This document shows positions 27,645 through 38,900 of a stretch of DNA of 64,000 bases, one piece after another; the first letter of the stretch is position 1; each line of letters starts with the position of its first letter. The position numbers and the translations under genes are program-made. The notes beneath the pieces are model-generated. The model was given only the letters and a program-made list of their open reading frames with translations, was not told where the DNA came from and ran no database searches. Source of the DNA: an uncultured Poribacteria bacterium (GTDB lineage Bacteria > Poribacteria > WGA-4E > WGA-3G); NCBI GenBank assembly GCA_958296135.2, contig CATQHZ020000001.1, positions 4,128,001 to 4,192,000 on the forward strand, read 5' to 3'.

Positions 27645-29786
27645 ATGGTGAAACAGTTTTGTCTCCTCATTGTTATATTGATTGTGTCCCTCAGTTGTTC
27701 GTGCGCGCCGGAAGTGACGATGCCGGATGAGAATTTGGCTGCCGCTGTCCGCGCCAAACTGGGCCTCAAACCAGCGGCTCGTATTACGCAACAGGCATTG
27801 GCGAAATTGACGCAGTTGCATGCTGGCGACAAAGAAATTGCTGTCCTGACCGGGTTGGAACACGCCACGAATTTAAAGACCCTCTTCATTGGGTTTAACC
27901 AAATCCGCGACATCACGCCACTCGCGCAATTGCCGAACTTGAGGGAGTTATGGCTCTCTGATAATCCGCTAAGCGACATCACGCAGGTTACACAGCTGAC
28001 AAACCTGTCGGCGTTAGAGCTCGGCGTGAATCAAATTGACGATGTTACGCCGCTGATACAAATGACGAACCTCACGTCGTTGTTCCTCTTTCGTAACCCC
28101 ATAAGTGACCTCACGCCGCTGACACAAATGACGAACCTCACGTCGCTAATACTCAGTATGTGTCAAATTGAGGACACCACGCCATTCGCGAAAATGACAC
28201 ACTTAAGGGAGTTAGCCCTCGGTGGAAATCGTATTCGCGATATCACACCGCTCGCACAATTGGCGAACTTAACGACGTTATGGCTCTACCAGAACCAAAT
28301 TAGCGATATCGCGCCGCTTGCGCAGTTGGCAGAATTAAGGGATTTAGCCCTCGGGCAAAATCAAATTCAGGACATTGCACCGCTGACTCAACTGCCGCAA
28401 CTCACGAAGTTATGGCTCTCAGCGAATCAAATTCAGGACATTACGCCGCTCGCAAGAATGACGCAGTTAACGGCGTTAGGACTTGACCGGAATCAAATTC
28501 GGGACATTACGCTCCTTGCGCAATTGACGAACCTAACGCAGTTATGGCTCTCAGCGAATCAAATTCAGGACATTACGCCGCTGGAGCAATTGACGAACCT
28601 AACGGAGTTACGGCTCTCAGCGAATCAAATTCAGGACATTACGCCGCTGGAGCAACTGACGCACTTAGAGGTTTTACGGCTCGGGACAAATTCAATTAGC
28701 GACATCGCACCGCTCGCGCAATTGACGAATCTCACGGAATTATCTCTCGCTTGGCTTCAAATCAGTGACATCACGCCGCTCGCGAACATAACACGCTTAA
28801 GTCACTTATTTCTTGAAGCGAATCAAAGTCGCGACATTACACCGCTTGCGAACATGAGGGACTTAAAGTCGTTATCTCTCTCGGGCAATCAGATTGAGGA
28901 CATCGCACCGCTAGCACAATTGACGAACTTAACGGAGTTAAATCTCTGGCGAACGCAAATCCGCGATATTACGCCACTCGCACAATTGACGCAACTCACG
29001 ACGTTGAACCTCAGCGAGAATTCACTCAGCGATATGACGCTGCTGACGCAACTGCCGCAACTCACGAAGTTGTTTCTCGACGAGAATTCACTCAGCGATA
29101 TTACGTTCCTGTCACAACTGCCGCAACTTAGGTTGTTAAGCCTCCGCGAAAATCAAATTCGTGATATTACGCCACTCGCGAACATGAAGGACTTATGGAA
29201 CCTAGATCTCGGGGGAAATGAGATTAGCGATATTAGCCCGATTACGCAATTGCTGAAGTTAAACATGTTAGATCTTGATGAAAATCAAGTCAGCGACATT
29301 AGCCCACTCACGCAATTGCCGAAGTTAGACATGTTAGATCTTGATGAAAATCAAGTCAGCGACATTAGCCCACTCACGCAATTGCCGAAGTTAACGAGTT
29401 TATCGCTCCGGAGTAATCAAGTCAGCGACATTACCTCGCTACCGCAATTCCCGAAGTTGACACTAGTCACTCTCGATGCGAACCCAATTGTAGACATTAC
29501 CCCACTCGCGAAAATGGGGCAACTCACCTGGTTATCTCTCGCCGATAGCCAAATCAGCGATGTTATCTCGCTTGCGCAACTGAAGCATCTCACGCACTTA
29601 TTTCTCAAGGATAACCACATTGCAGACGTTACGCCGCTCGCCGGATTGGTAAGTCTGAAGAAGCTAGAACTTGAGGGAAACCCCATCGTGGATAGGGCAC
29701 CACTCCGCGCGCTCCTCAAGCAAAATCCCGACATGACAATCGATATTGATGTCAGTGAGACAGACACCCCGCCGACAACCGAATAG
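27645..29786 (+). CDS. Internalin-like leucine-rich repeat protein, about 29 repeats of 22 aa, probable lipoprotein
   Basis: Signal ending LSCSC, cap motif MPDENLAAAVRAKL, repeats L.QLTNL..L.L..NQI.DITP; 66-nt periodicity in the DNA. Confidence 0.92.
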   Translation: MVKQFCLLIVILIVSLSCSCAPEVTMPDENLAAAVRAKLGLKPAARITQQALAKLTQLHAGDKEIAVLTGLEHATNLKTLFIGFNQIRDITPLAQLPNLRELWLSDNPLSDITQVTQLTNLSALELGVNQIDDVTPLIQMTNLTSLFLFRNPISDLTPLTQMTNLTSLILSMCQIEDTTPFAKMTHLRELALGGNRIRDITPLAQLANLTTLWLYQNQISDIAPLAQLAELRDLALGQNQIQDIAPLTQLPQLTKLWLSANQIQDITPLARMTQLTALGLDRNQIRDITLLAQLTNLTQLWLSANQIQDITPLEQLTNLTELRLSANQIQDITPLEQLTHLEVLRLGTNSISDIAPLAQLTNLTELSLAWLQISDITPLANITRLSHLFLEANQSRDITPLANMRDLKSLSLSGNQIEDIAPLAQLTNLTELNLWRTQIRDITPLAQLTQLTTLNLSENSLSDMTLLTQLPQLTKLFLDENSLSDITFLSQLPQLRLLSLRENQIRDITPLANMKDLWNLDLGGNEISDISPITQLLKLNMLDLDENQVSDISPLTQLPKLDMLDLDENQVSDISPLTQLPKLTSLSLRSNQVSDITSLPQFPKLTLVTLDANPIVDITPLAKMGQLTWLSLADSQISDVISLAQLKHLTHLFLKDNHIADVTPLAGLVSLKKLELEGNPIVDRAPLRALLKQNPDMTIDIDVSETDTPPTTE

Positions 29787-29805
29787 CCCAGACTGCAGCA
29801 GCACG

Positions 29806-29880
29806 GCAAGGGACAGGCCCTCCCTCTACGGCAGCAAAGAACCTCCCGTCACCGTAGCGCGGGGGCCTGTCCCCCGCGAT
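29806..29880. repeat. Back-to-back REP pair between convergent genes
   Basis: Inverted GGGACAGGCCCTCCCTCTACG followed by CGTAGCGCGGGGGCCTGTCCCCCGCGA. Confidence 0.8.
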
Positions 29881-29902
29881 GAATTGCTGCGGCGCAGAGA
29901 GG

Positions 29903-32230
29903 TTAGCCTTCGCTCCCATCTCCTAACTCATAATAACTGGTATGGCGGCTGTAGTAACCGTAGGTTTTGGCGTGCTTCGGATGAATCATGTTGCAAAGCA
30001 CGCCGATGCTTTTCGTGGGCAAGACTTCCGTGAGATGACGCACCCCAGTCAGCATATCAAACCGCCGCGTCTTCGTGATGTCAAACACGTAGACGACAGC
30101 ATCAACGATGGGGGCTAAAATCACCGCATCGGCGACAGCGCGCACCGGCGGCGAGTCAATCACTACTACATCGTATTCGGCGCGTGCCAATGCTAGCCAC
30201 TGCGACATCATATCGGAATTCAACAACTCGACCGGATTCGGCGGCACGGTGCCACCCGATACGAGATGCAGATTCGGAATACCCGTCGGCTTGACTGTCG
30301 CGTGGAACACATCGTCTCCGTTTGCCGCATCCATGCTGATGAGTGCCTCGCTTAATCCCGGCTTCCGAATAGCAAGGGAGGTTGACGTTGTCTCTTCTGC
30401 TGCCGCGGTTTCTGTAGCAAACGTTTTGTGCTGCGAAGGACGGCGCATATCGGCATCGATGAGCAAGACCCGGGTGCCTTTCTGGGCCAATGCCACGGCG
30501 AGATTGGATGATACGGTGCTTTTCCCCTCCCCGCGCGTCGCGCTGGTGACAAGCACCGTTTTCAGCGCACTGCCGGGAGTCAGGAACGGCAATTTCGCCT
30601 GCAGCACCCGAAATGCCTCGGCAGCCCGCGAGTGGGGCGCGTCGTGAACGATGAGTTGCGGCTCCTTCCCCCGGACCCTTCTGCCTACGGAAGGGATGAC
30701 TCCGAGGAAACTCGGCGGATTCGGAAGCGATTCCAATTGCCGCACCGCCTCTTCTAAGCGCAGATAGGTATCTTGGAAATAATTCTTGGCCACGGCGAAC
30801 GTGAAGCCGAGCAACCCGCCGAGGAGTGCCCCTAAAACGAGGTTCAACTTCATCCGCGGCGCAATCGGTTCTTCCGACTCGCGTGCCATATCTAACACCT
30901 TGAGATTCTCGGTGCGCGCTTCGGCGACAATCTCCGACTCCCGCATCTTCGCTTCCAACGCAATAATCTGCGCGTTGTAAATTTCAACATCCCGCTTCAA
31001 CCGAAACAACTTGATTTGTTGCGCAGACCAGGTGCTGAGCTGCGCAATGTGCGCCGCAATCTGTGCTGAAACCTGATTCTTCTGCTCCGTGAGACTCTTA
31101 ATAGTTGCCTCTGCCTCGTTCACCTTCTCCGTGAGTGCTTGGTGCAGCGGGTTGTAAGCCGTCGTCGTGCTGTTAATCTGCTGCTCCTCCGCGGCGAGGC
31201 GTGCCTTCGTCTCCGCGATTTTGTTATCTAATGCCGCAACGTCCGGATGCGTCTCATCGTATTTGCCCATCATGCCTTGACGTTCAATTTCATACTCGTG
31301 CAGATTGTCGCGCAATTTGGAGTAAGAAGGGTTCGTCGCCACCGTCTCCGACACGAGGTTCTCTTCCACTTTCGCCAATTCCGCAGCGTATTCTTCCAGT
31401 TTCAACGCCGCGCCAGCCAAGAGCCCTATCAACTGATTCTCCTCCAATTGGAGTGCCAGAACGAGCTGCGCTTGTGTGCCTCCCTCCGCATTCAAGGTAA
31501 TCTCTGGATAGTCGCGCTGAAAATTAAACAGTTCCTCTTCCGCCGTTTTCAGGTTCTGTTGCGTCTCCTCCAGCATTGACTGCGGCAGCGGCTTCTCCCA
31601 CCAACGCATCTGCTCCTCTGTCTCTGCCTCCACTACCTGCTGAAAGACAGCGACGATTTTATTGCACAACTGCTGCGCGCGCGCCGGTGTCCGCTGTTTC
31701 ACGGTAACCGTAATCACGTTCCCATCCGATGACTCCTCAACCTTCAACTGCTCCTCAATGAGGGTTTTGATGAAAAAGTCTTCCCACTCCTCCACAGTGA
31801 GCTCTCCCTGTTCCGTCGCCCCCTGCGCCACGTCGATGTTGAACACGTTCGCTAGCCACACCAGCGTCCGCCCGCGATGGACAGGAAGAGGTTCCAGAAG
31901 TCCTTCTGCTCTTAATTGCCGCACCGCAGGCGCGATAACCAAATCGCGAGATTGCAACTGCGCCGCATACGCACCCAACGATGTCCCACCAAGAAGCCCC
32001 GCTAACGGCAACTGCGATAGCAGCGAAGGAGTCTGTTGCCCATCCACCACGCGAACCGTTGTCTCTGACTGATACACCGGCACTGTGAAATCGGTGACGA
32101 GGAATGCTCCCAAAACGGAGAGTAAGAAAATCGTAAGCGCGCTCCACTTATTCCGAAAAAGCATCCAAAAATAGTCCGATAATCGGATTTCTCTAATCTC
32201 TTCAAGTTGCCGGTCTGTTGTTTCTTGCAT
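29903..32230 (-). CDS. wzc: Wzc/GumC polysaccharide co-polymerase with BY-kinase domain
   Basis: Two TM helices around a coiled coil, EAFR.L, Walker A SATRGEGKST, LLIDADMRRP, PPNPVELL, IDSPP, C-terminal Tyr cluster YGYY...SYY. Confidence 0.88.
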   Translation of the reverse strand: MQETTDRQLEEIREIRLSDYFWMLFRNKWSALTIFLLSVLGAFLVTDFTVPVYQSETTVRVVDGQQTPSLLSQLPLAGLLGGTSLGAYAAQLQSRDLVIAPAVRQLRAEGLLEPLPVHRGRTLVWLANVFNIDVAQGATEQGELTVEEWEDFFIKTLIEEQLKVEESSDGNVITVTVKQRTPARAQQLCNKIVAVFQQVVEAETEEQMRWWEKPLPQSMLEETQQNLKTAEEELFNFQRDYPEITLNAEGGTQAQLVLALQLEENQLIGLLAGAALKLEEYAAELAKVEENLVSETVATNPSYSKLRDNLHEYEIERQGMMGKYDETHPDVAALDNKIAETKARLAAEEQQINSTTTAYNPLHQALTEKVNEAEATIKSLTEQKNQVSAQIAAHIAQLSTWSAQQIKLFRLKRDVEIYNAQIIALEAKMRESEIVAEARTENLKVLDMARESEEPIAPRMKLNLVLGALLGGLLGFTFAVAKNYFQDTYLRLEEAVRQLESLPNPPSFLGVIPSVGRRVRGKEPQLIVHDAPHSRAAEAFRVLQAKLPFLTPGSALKTVLVTSATRGEGKSTVSSNLAVALAQKGTRVLLIDADMRRPSQHKTFATETAAAEETTSTSLAIRKPGLSEALISMDAANGDDVFHATVKPTGIPNLHLVSGGTVPPNPVELLNSDMMSQWLALARAEYDVVVIDSPPVRAVADAVILAPIVDAVVYVFDITKTRRFDMLTGVRHLTEVLPTKSIGVLCNMIHPKHAKTYGYYSRHTSYYELGDGSEG

Positions 32231-32473
32231 CTTCAGTCTGTTTCCTTTTTTCTCTCGTTCGCAAAGCGTTCGGCTGGCCGCACTGGTGCATTCGTCCATT
32301 CTCTGTAGAATAAAAGCACCTGAGCTTGACTGTTACGCCTCAACGGTGTCATCTGGTTGCGCTCGGTGCCCGCAAACTACAGATTCCCCGGTAGGCGCTG
32401 TTTTCAACCGCTCACAGGTGAGGTTGCGCGCTTACAACGCGTGCCTACGGGGTTGAGGCTGTGTCCATCCTAC

Positions 32474-33730
32474 CTAATTCCGTAGCCCAAGCACGTTCAC
32501 GAGCAGGCTCGTCAGCGAAGCGGCAAACGTCAGTACGCGCCAATCAATCCGCATCCGCTCCCGAATACGGATCTGGTCATCCGGATTGAGGTAAACCTTC
32601 GAGTGCATCTCGTCAAAGTTCAATTCCTCGGTTGTGCCGTTTGCACGCGTCAGGATACACTTCTTCGGGTTCGCTCTGTCTTCGTTTAACCCGCCTGCCA
32701 TCGCGACGGCCTTTCCTAACAGCACGGGTTCCGTGATAACATATTCGCCCGGTTTATCTACCGCGCCGATGACGCTAATCTTCGCCTCCGCTAGTGGGAT
32801 ATACAACGTGTCGCCAGGGCCCAACATCGCCTCCCCGGTATCCGATGTCAAGTCTACGGAAATGCGTCCTTCGTTAGTGATGACTTCCGCCTTGCCCAGG
32901 TCTGTGAAATCGGCTCTGGAACCACCGGCGAGTTTTAACGCCTGAACCGCAGGAATTTGTCGTACGGAGATAGGATAGACACCGGGTGCCATCACCGCAC
33001 CGATAACCCGAATAGGACGCTGCTCAAAGGCAGATGGCACGATGATAGTGTCGTAGTCTCGCAAGGGAACATCGGGACCGCCCGCCTCAACGAGCGCGAT
33101 AAAATCTACCGTCTGGTAAAGTTCTCCATCACGCCAGATGGTAACCCCGGTCAAATCAGCGAGCTCATAGTTGATGCCCGCCGCCGCCAGCGCATGCATG
33201 AGGTAAACCTGTCCTGTCTCAAAGACATGCGGATTCCCCCGGCCCCTCGGCTCTACGGCTCCGAGCACCAGAATGGTGCGCTTCGGTTGCATCAGCGTCA
33301 CGAAAACGCGCGCACTCGGCAACCGCTCAGCAAATGCCGCCTGCATCCGAGCCTCGAGTTCCGAAATCGTCACTCCTGTCGCTTTGATAACGCCTATCAG
33401 CGGATAGGAAATGTAGCCATCCGGTTGTATCGGGATAGGCGTGCGCTCCTTGCTATATTCCGGATACCCTTCCACCGTTACCACAACCTGGTCACCGGCT
33501 TGCAATTGATACGTCGTGAACTCGTCGCCGTGCGCTACCTTGGTTGCTGGCACAATAGGCACTCCCTCGTCTTCAATAACGGTGCCTTCGGCCGCCACCG
33601 ATTGTGCCACTAGGGAGAGGGGCTGTCCCCTATCGTGGCCCGCGCCAAGCGAACTTCGGCCTATTCCGAGCTGCCCCAGAATTAACAGGAACATCACGAA
33701 AGCCTGGAACCTTAAAAATGCTGTCTTCAT
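32474..33730 (-). CDS. wza: Polysaccharide export protein (Wza-like, Poly_export plus SLBB domains)
   Basis: YQLQAGDQV, IQPDGYISYPLIG, repeated V.GAV..PG.Y and ...AGG SLBB motifs. Confidence 0.8.
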   Translation of the reverse strand: MKTAFLRFQAFVMFLLILGQLGIGRSSLGAGHDRGQPLSLVAQSVAAEGTVIEDEGVPIVPATKVAHGDEFTTYQLQAGDQVVVTVEGYPEYSKERTPIPIQPDGYISYPLIGVIKATGVTISELEARMQAAFAERLPSARVFVTLMQPKRTILVLGAVEPRGRGNPHVFETGQVYLMHALAAAGINYELADLTGVTIWRDGELYQTVDFIALVEAGGPDVPLRDYDTIIVPSAFEQRPIRVIGAVMAPGVYPISVRQIPAVQALKLAGGSRADFTDLGKAEVITNEGRISVDLTSDTGEAMLGPGDTLYIPLAEAKISVIGAVDKPGEYVITEPVLLGKAVAMAGGLNEDRANPKKCILTRANGTTEELNFDEMHSKVYLNPDDQIRIRERMRIDWRVLTFAASLTSLLVNVLGLRN

Positions 33731-33953
33731 CAATCCAATTGCTCCTCAGCCAGTAGGGCGAAGGGCTGTCCCGCGCCAAGCGAACACCAGCCTATAATGA
33801 ACAACCTCTGTCTGAAATAATTTATCTGTTTGTTGCATCATTGAACCAAATCCATCGTTAATTCTGTTTTAGCGGCTACCGTGCGAAAATGCAAGTAACG
33901 GGGGCAAGATCCGGCGCTCGGGTTTCCCGACAGAATAGAAAAGCGTTTCTCCA

Positions 33954-34796
33954 TCAATTCAGGCGCGCTAGCAACTGACGCAGCACCCGAATATTCCGCT
34001 CAATAGCCGCTACTTCCACCGGATTCTCCTCAATCTCAAGACACCTCTCAAAAACAGAAATCGCGTCGCTGTAAGCACCAGTTCTGTAGAGCATGTAGCC
34101 GAATCCGCGAAGATCGCCGGCGGAATGCGGCAGGAACCAAGTGATGCGCTGCGCCGCTCGCAGTGCTGCCGCATCGCGACCCAGGCGTGTATAGGCATGC
34201 ATGAGATTCCGCAAAATACGCGCTAAAATCTCCCTATTCGTCGCTTCGGTTAACATGCTCGGCAGCAGGCCTACCGACTGTCCGAAGGTTCCCTGGAGTT
34301 TCGCCTCCAGGGCCTCCTCCGACATGACTTTCCCAGTGTCAAACGCGTCAATAAAAACGTCCAGATGTTCACGCTTATATTTCACGAGGAAATGGCTCGG
34401 GAAATTCACGCCGACGAGCGGCAAACCTGCGCGTCTGCCGACTTCGATGTAGACGACAGACAGCGTAATCGGCAGCCCCATTTTTCTGTTGAGGACGACG
34501 TTGAGGAAGTTGTTACTCAGCGCGTAGTAGTCCTTATTATTCCCCTGAAATCCCTGCTCCTCAAAGAGATAGCGGTTCAGCTCAGCGATGTGATGCTCGG
34601 GGAACGCCGTTTCCTGCACCTTTTGACGAATAGCGTCAGCCATCTCATCTAACCGATGCAGATAAGCGGCGATATCCAGCTTAGGATAATCGCTTTGTGC
34701 AATGAGCAGGGCACCGACTGCCAACTCTAACTCATTATCGGGTAAGTTCGCGAAATCAAAAACCGGGTCTGGTGGACGATGTACCATGGTTCCCAT
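33954..34796 (-). CDS. SirB1-family transglutaminase-like/TPR protein
   Basis: LNRYLFEEQGFQGN..DYY, GLPITLS..Y.EV..R.G, GVNFPSHFLV, IDAFD.G, ILARILRNL. Start is 34796 or 34787. Confidence 0.82.
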   Translation of the reverse strand: MGTMVHRPPDPVFDFANLPDNELELAVGALLIAQSDYPKLDIAAYLHRLDEMADAIRQKVQETAFPEHHIAELNRYLFEEQGFQGNNKDYYALSNNFLNVVLNRKMGLPITLSVVYIEVGRRAGLPLVGVNFPSHFLVKYKREHLDVFIDAFDTGKVMSEEALEAKLQGTFGQSVGLLPSMLTEATNREILARILRNLMHAYTRLGRDAAALRAAQRITWFLPHSAGDLRGFGYMLYRTGAYSDAISVFERCLEIEENPVEVAAIERNIRVLRQLLARLN

Positions 34797-34896
34797 CCCC
34801 CTATTTTGCAGGGCTTTTGTCGTTCGCAATGCGTTCGGACAGCATCAATTGGACGAAGAAAGGTTCTTGCCAGGGTGCCTTCACAGTAGTCAGGTG

Positions 34897-35334
34897 TCAA
34901 GGCTTACGTTCCTTTTTTTTATCGGGTTGCTGTCTCACAATTCTGCGCGGCAACCCGTTATCCAACACCCCTAAAAGCGTCAGATGAAGTTGCGCGCGGG
35001 GCGGGAGCGTCTCTGTCAACGCTTCTTCCGCCTGTTCTATCTGTCGCTGCATCTCTTTCCGTTTCGTCCGGTGCTCCGCCAAAGTCTCCTGAATTTCCGC
35101 GTCTTCGATGGCCGGATCCTTTGCGAGTTGGTTTAAGATTTGCAGAGTTTTCGTCGCTTGAATCTGTTTTTGCCGTTTGAGTTCCCACATCGCTTTGATT
35201 TGGATTTTCTGTTCTTCCGTTACGCCGAGGTCAGCCAGTGTTGTGCCTTTTTCCTTTTGCGCCCAGGCGATAACGGCGCACGTGGCGAGAATGGCGAGTA
35301 TTCCGACGGTGCGTTGTATCCACACATTTTGCAT
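34897..35334 (-). CDS. Secreted helical hypothetical protein (weak Spy/CpxP-like pattern)
   Basis: AGGAGG RBS, signal peptide, LGVTEEQKIQIK, charged helical sequence. Confidence 0.65.
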   Translation of the reverse strand: MQNVWIQRTVGILAILATCAVIAWAQKEKGTTLADLGVTEEQKIQIKAMWELKRQKQIQATKTLQILNQLAKDPAIEDAEIQETLAEHRTKRKEMQRQIEQAEEALTETLPPRAQLHLTLLGVLDNGLPRRIVRQQPDKKKERKP

Positions 35335-35356
35335 ACGTCTGCCTCCTGTTAAGAAA

Positions 35357-35427
35357 AGTTTAACACAGCATCGGAAAAATGTCAAGATAAAAATTCGTTT
35401 GCACAAAAACGCGCGATAGACTACAAT
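35357..35427. promoter_or_regulatory. Back-to-back sigma70 promoters
   Basis: Minus: TTGACA-17-TAAACT (35385-35357). Plus: TTGCAC-17-TACAAT (35399-35427). Confidence 0.6.
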
Positions 35428-35663
35428 AAACTTAAATTAGGACAGCCGCAGAACCAACCCCGTAGGTGCGGTTTTCAACAGCACAACCTCACCCGGGCGC
35501 GGTTGCAAACCGTCACACCGACAGGAAAGACATCGTTTTTGCATTGAGCCAGCGGGACAATCCTCTTCCGCGCCTACCGGGGGCGAATTATAGCATTTGC
35601 GTAAGTCCGGAACATATCTCGAACTGTCTAAAACACCAATGCAACGTTCAGAGGAGCCCTATT

Positions 35664-35924
35664 TTGGAAAAAATCCGCGAACTCGCTGCACTACTCACAT
35701 CAGGAATTGAAGACTACGACGAGCAAGTCAAGGTACTTCAGACCGAAAGGTTGAAATACATCCGCCTCGCCATGACTGAAGGATTCGGCACAGGTGAAGG
35801 CGAATCTAAAGACTCATGGCTCCTGCACCTGAAGCAGCTGGAAGATTCGTTGACGCGCCGGCGAGACGCGCTGCGGCAGGCGATTCTCATGGCAGGCGAT
35901 GACATGCGTCAATCGGAGGAATAA
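35664..35924 (+). CDS. Small coiled-coil hypothetical protein
   Basis: GAGGAG RBS then TTG at 35664; helical sequence; stop abuts the next ATG. Confidence 0.6.
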   Translation: MEKIRELAALLTSGIEDYDEQVKVLQTERLKYIRLAMTEGFGTGEGESKDSWLLHLKQLEDSLTRRRDALRQAILMAGDDMRQSEE

Positions 35925-38900
35925 ATGGAACTTGTTTTATCGCGTTCAAACCGTAGGGCGCGGGCCTGGCCCTCGCCAAGCATAAGCGTTCAAACCGTAG
36001 GGCGAGAGCCTGTCCATCGCAAGGCACCTACCTTACGATGGAACTTCTGGTGCACAATCCTGCTGACATGCTTCACTTTCGTGGGATACACCCTCGCGCA
36101 AAAAACGGACACCACCGAAATCATTGAAAACGCATCCCGGCACCAGAATCTGGGGCTCGCGTATCTCGAAGAGTCCCAACCCTCTAAAGCTATCGCTGAG
36201 TTTGAGGCACTCATCGCTCTGCTCCCCAATGAGGGAATCGGCTACGGTAACCTCGCGGTCGCGCATTTAAGGCTCCAACAGGCAGATGCCGCCGAATCGG
36301 TAGTGAAGCAGGGTATCCAAGCGGCACCGATGGATAGTCAACTCCACTTCATCTTGTCGGAAGTCTATCAGCTGCAGGGGAAAACCGTGCTGGCGGTAGC
36401 GGCGATGACGGAGGCGGTGCGACTCGCCCCCGATAACCTTGAATTTCGCTATAAACTCGCACGCCACTATTTGGGACAGAGAAATAAGCCGGAAGCATTA
36501 CAGGAAGCAAGCACACATCTACAGGCACTACATGACATTTCGCCCGCCAACATTGTCGTGCTGATGAAACTTGCACAAGCGCGCCTATCGCAAGGTGAAC
36601 CCGAACAAGCCAAGCACCTCGGCGCAGAATTGCACGCGCTATTATCGGATACCGACGCAGAGAAACTGAAATACCTCACGCAGGGGATGACACAGATCGA
36701 ACAAGGTGACGTGAAAACGGCGGCGCGAAATTTCCGCATCTTTGAAAACTTGCATCGCGCCACCCCGCGCTATCAGCAAGGCATCGGCGAATTGGTGACA
36801 GACATCTTAGGGCATCCGATCGAAACGTTCAGCCCAGGCTCCAAAGCGCGGCTCACTGCCAAACAGACCGGGGCTATTCCGGTGCAGTTTGTCGACATCA
36901 CTGCAGATATCGGACTGGGCAATGTCCAAGTTCCGATGGAAACGGGCACGCCTTCAGTCTCTCTCGCTGACTACAACGGTGATGGAAATCTAGACATGTA
37001 TATCGCACCGATAGGCATGCTCTTCCGGAATGCAGGAGAAACGTTTGTCCGCGCTCACCAATTTCCCGAATTGGGTGCGCACACGGCGACGTTCGCCGAT
37101 CTGGATAAAGATGGCACGCAAGAACTCCTCTTGCAAACCCACGCCGGAATTACCGTCGTGCACTTGCAAGATACAGATACCGTAGCGCGAGGGGCTGGCC
37201 CTCGCCACGCTCCAATCGTGCGACATGCAGATGCTGAAGAAGCCACCCCCGCGCGCTTATTGCCAATTGACACAGACCACGATGGAGATCTGGACTTGCT
37301 TTCAAACTACACCGTGGAGCGAGGGAAACCTGTCCCTCGCCGGGCGCAGAGCCCCCCACGAATGTATCGTAACAACGGCGATAGCACCTTCACCGATGTT
37401 TCAGAGCAAACCTTCCAGCAGGATACCGTAGGGCGAGGGCCTATCCCTCGCGATGCTTCAGTCGGGACAGCCGCACTCGCCGCTGATTTCGACGACGATG
37501 GCGACATTGATATCTTCACAACGCACGGCGGAACGGGATGCACGCTGTGGGACAACCTCCGCCAAGGGAGACTCCGTGCCCGAACCGATGAAACCGGCAT
37601 CGCGCAGGATGCACACTACTCGGCAGCCGCCGCTGGCGATTATGATAACGATGGCAATGTCGATATCTTCCTAACCACCGAGACAGCCTATCACCTCTAT
37701 CGCAATCGAGGCGATGCCAGTTTTGTGCCAGAACGTAGAGGTGGATTTCTATATCCACCCGAAGCAGGAGCGCGGGCCACCGACGTTCAAAATATTGACT
37801 ATGATAATGACGGGTTTGTTGATATCTGGATGCTCGGCGAACAGGGGATGTCCCTCCTTCGGAACGATGGAACAGGGCGGTTCACCGAAGCGCGAAACTC
37901 GCTACCACCGGATATCGCCGGCATTGCCGGGGCAGTCGGCGATGTGGATAATGATGGAGCACTAGACCTTTTTTTCATTGACGGCCCAGGGCAATTGCGC
38001 GTCCTGCAAAACCGCGGCGGCAACCAAAATAATTGGATACAGGTGAAACTGGAAGGCATTACCGCAGGAAATAACAAAATTAATCGAGACGGCCTCGGCT
38101 CAAAATTGGAGGTGAAAGTCGGGGACCTGTATCAGGTGCAGTATGTCTCACAACAAGTTTCGCATTTCGGGTTAGGCGCGTTTGAGGCGGCTGATGTCGT
38201 CCGAGTCGTCTGGACAAACGGCGTGCCACAAAACGTCATCGCGCCCAAAGCAAGACAGCGGATTTTAGAGAAACAGGTGCTGAAAGGTTCCTGTCCGTTC
38301 CTCTACGTCTACGATGGCGAACGCTATCGGTTTGTCACCGATTTGTTGTGGCGCGCGCCGCTGGGGCTCGTCACCTCCATGGGGTTCATCGCGCCCGATG
38401 AGACGAAAGACTTCGTCAAAATCCCGGCATCCTACATCCAGCCGAAAGATGGAAAATACTCCATCCAAATCACGGAGGAATTGTGGGAGACAGCGTATTT
38501 TGACGTAGTGAAACTCATCGCGATCGACCATCCTGAAGGCACGGATATCTTCACGAATGAGCAATACACCCCACCGCCGTTTGCGGAATTCAAGGTGTAT
38601 GGCGTTGCGGAGAAACTGCATCCGAACGCTGCTTTCAATCATCGCGGAGAGGACGTTTCGGAGGCGTTGCAGGCGTTGGATTACCGCTATGCGGTAGAGC
38701 ATGCACCCGGTGTTCATCAAGGCGTTGTTGAACCTCACGCGATTATCTTAACTCTTTCCAGCCAGCCGCAGTCTGTCCCTCGCCGTGCCCAGGCCGCTAT
38801 AAATAACGATACACCCGTAACGTTGTTCCTCAGCGGCTGGATTTTCCCGACAGATACGAGCATCAACGTCGCGCTTTACCAAAATCCTGCAATAAGTCCG

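Noticed and set aside
30668-30695. REP insertion in wzc (CCGTAGGCAGAAGGGTCCGGGG, peptide SVGRRVRG)
   Set aside because: It has the CGTAG tag in a variable linker but no convincing palindrome; cannot be supported without ortholog alignment.
35925-36046. ATGGAACTT direct repeat as a target-site duplication around the N-terminal REP pair
   Set aside because: The copies are 113 nt apart, so precise removal would shift the reading frame; probably coincidental.
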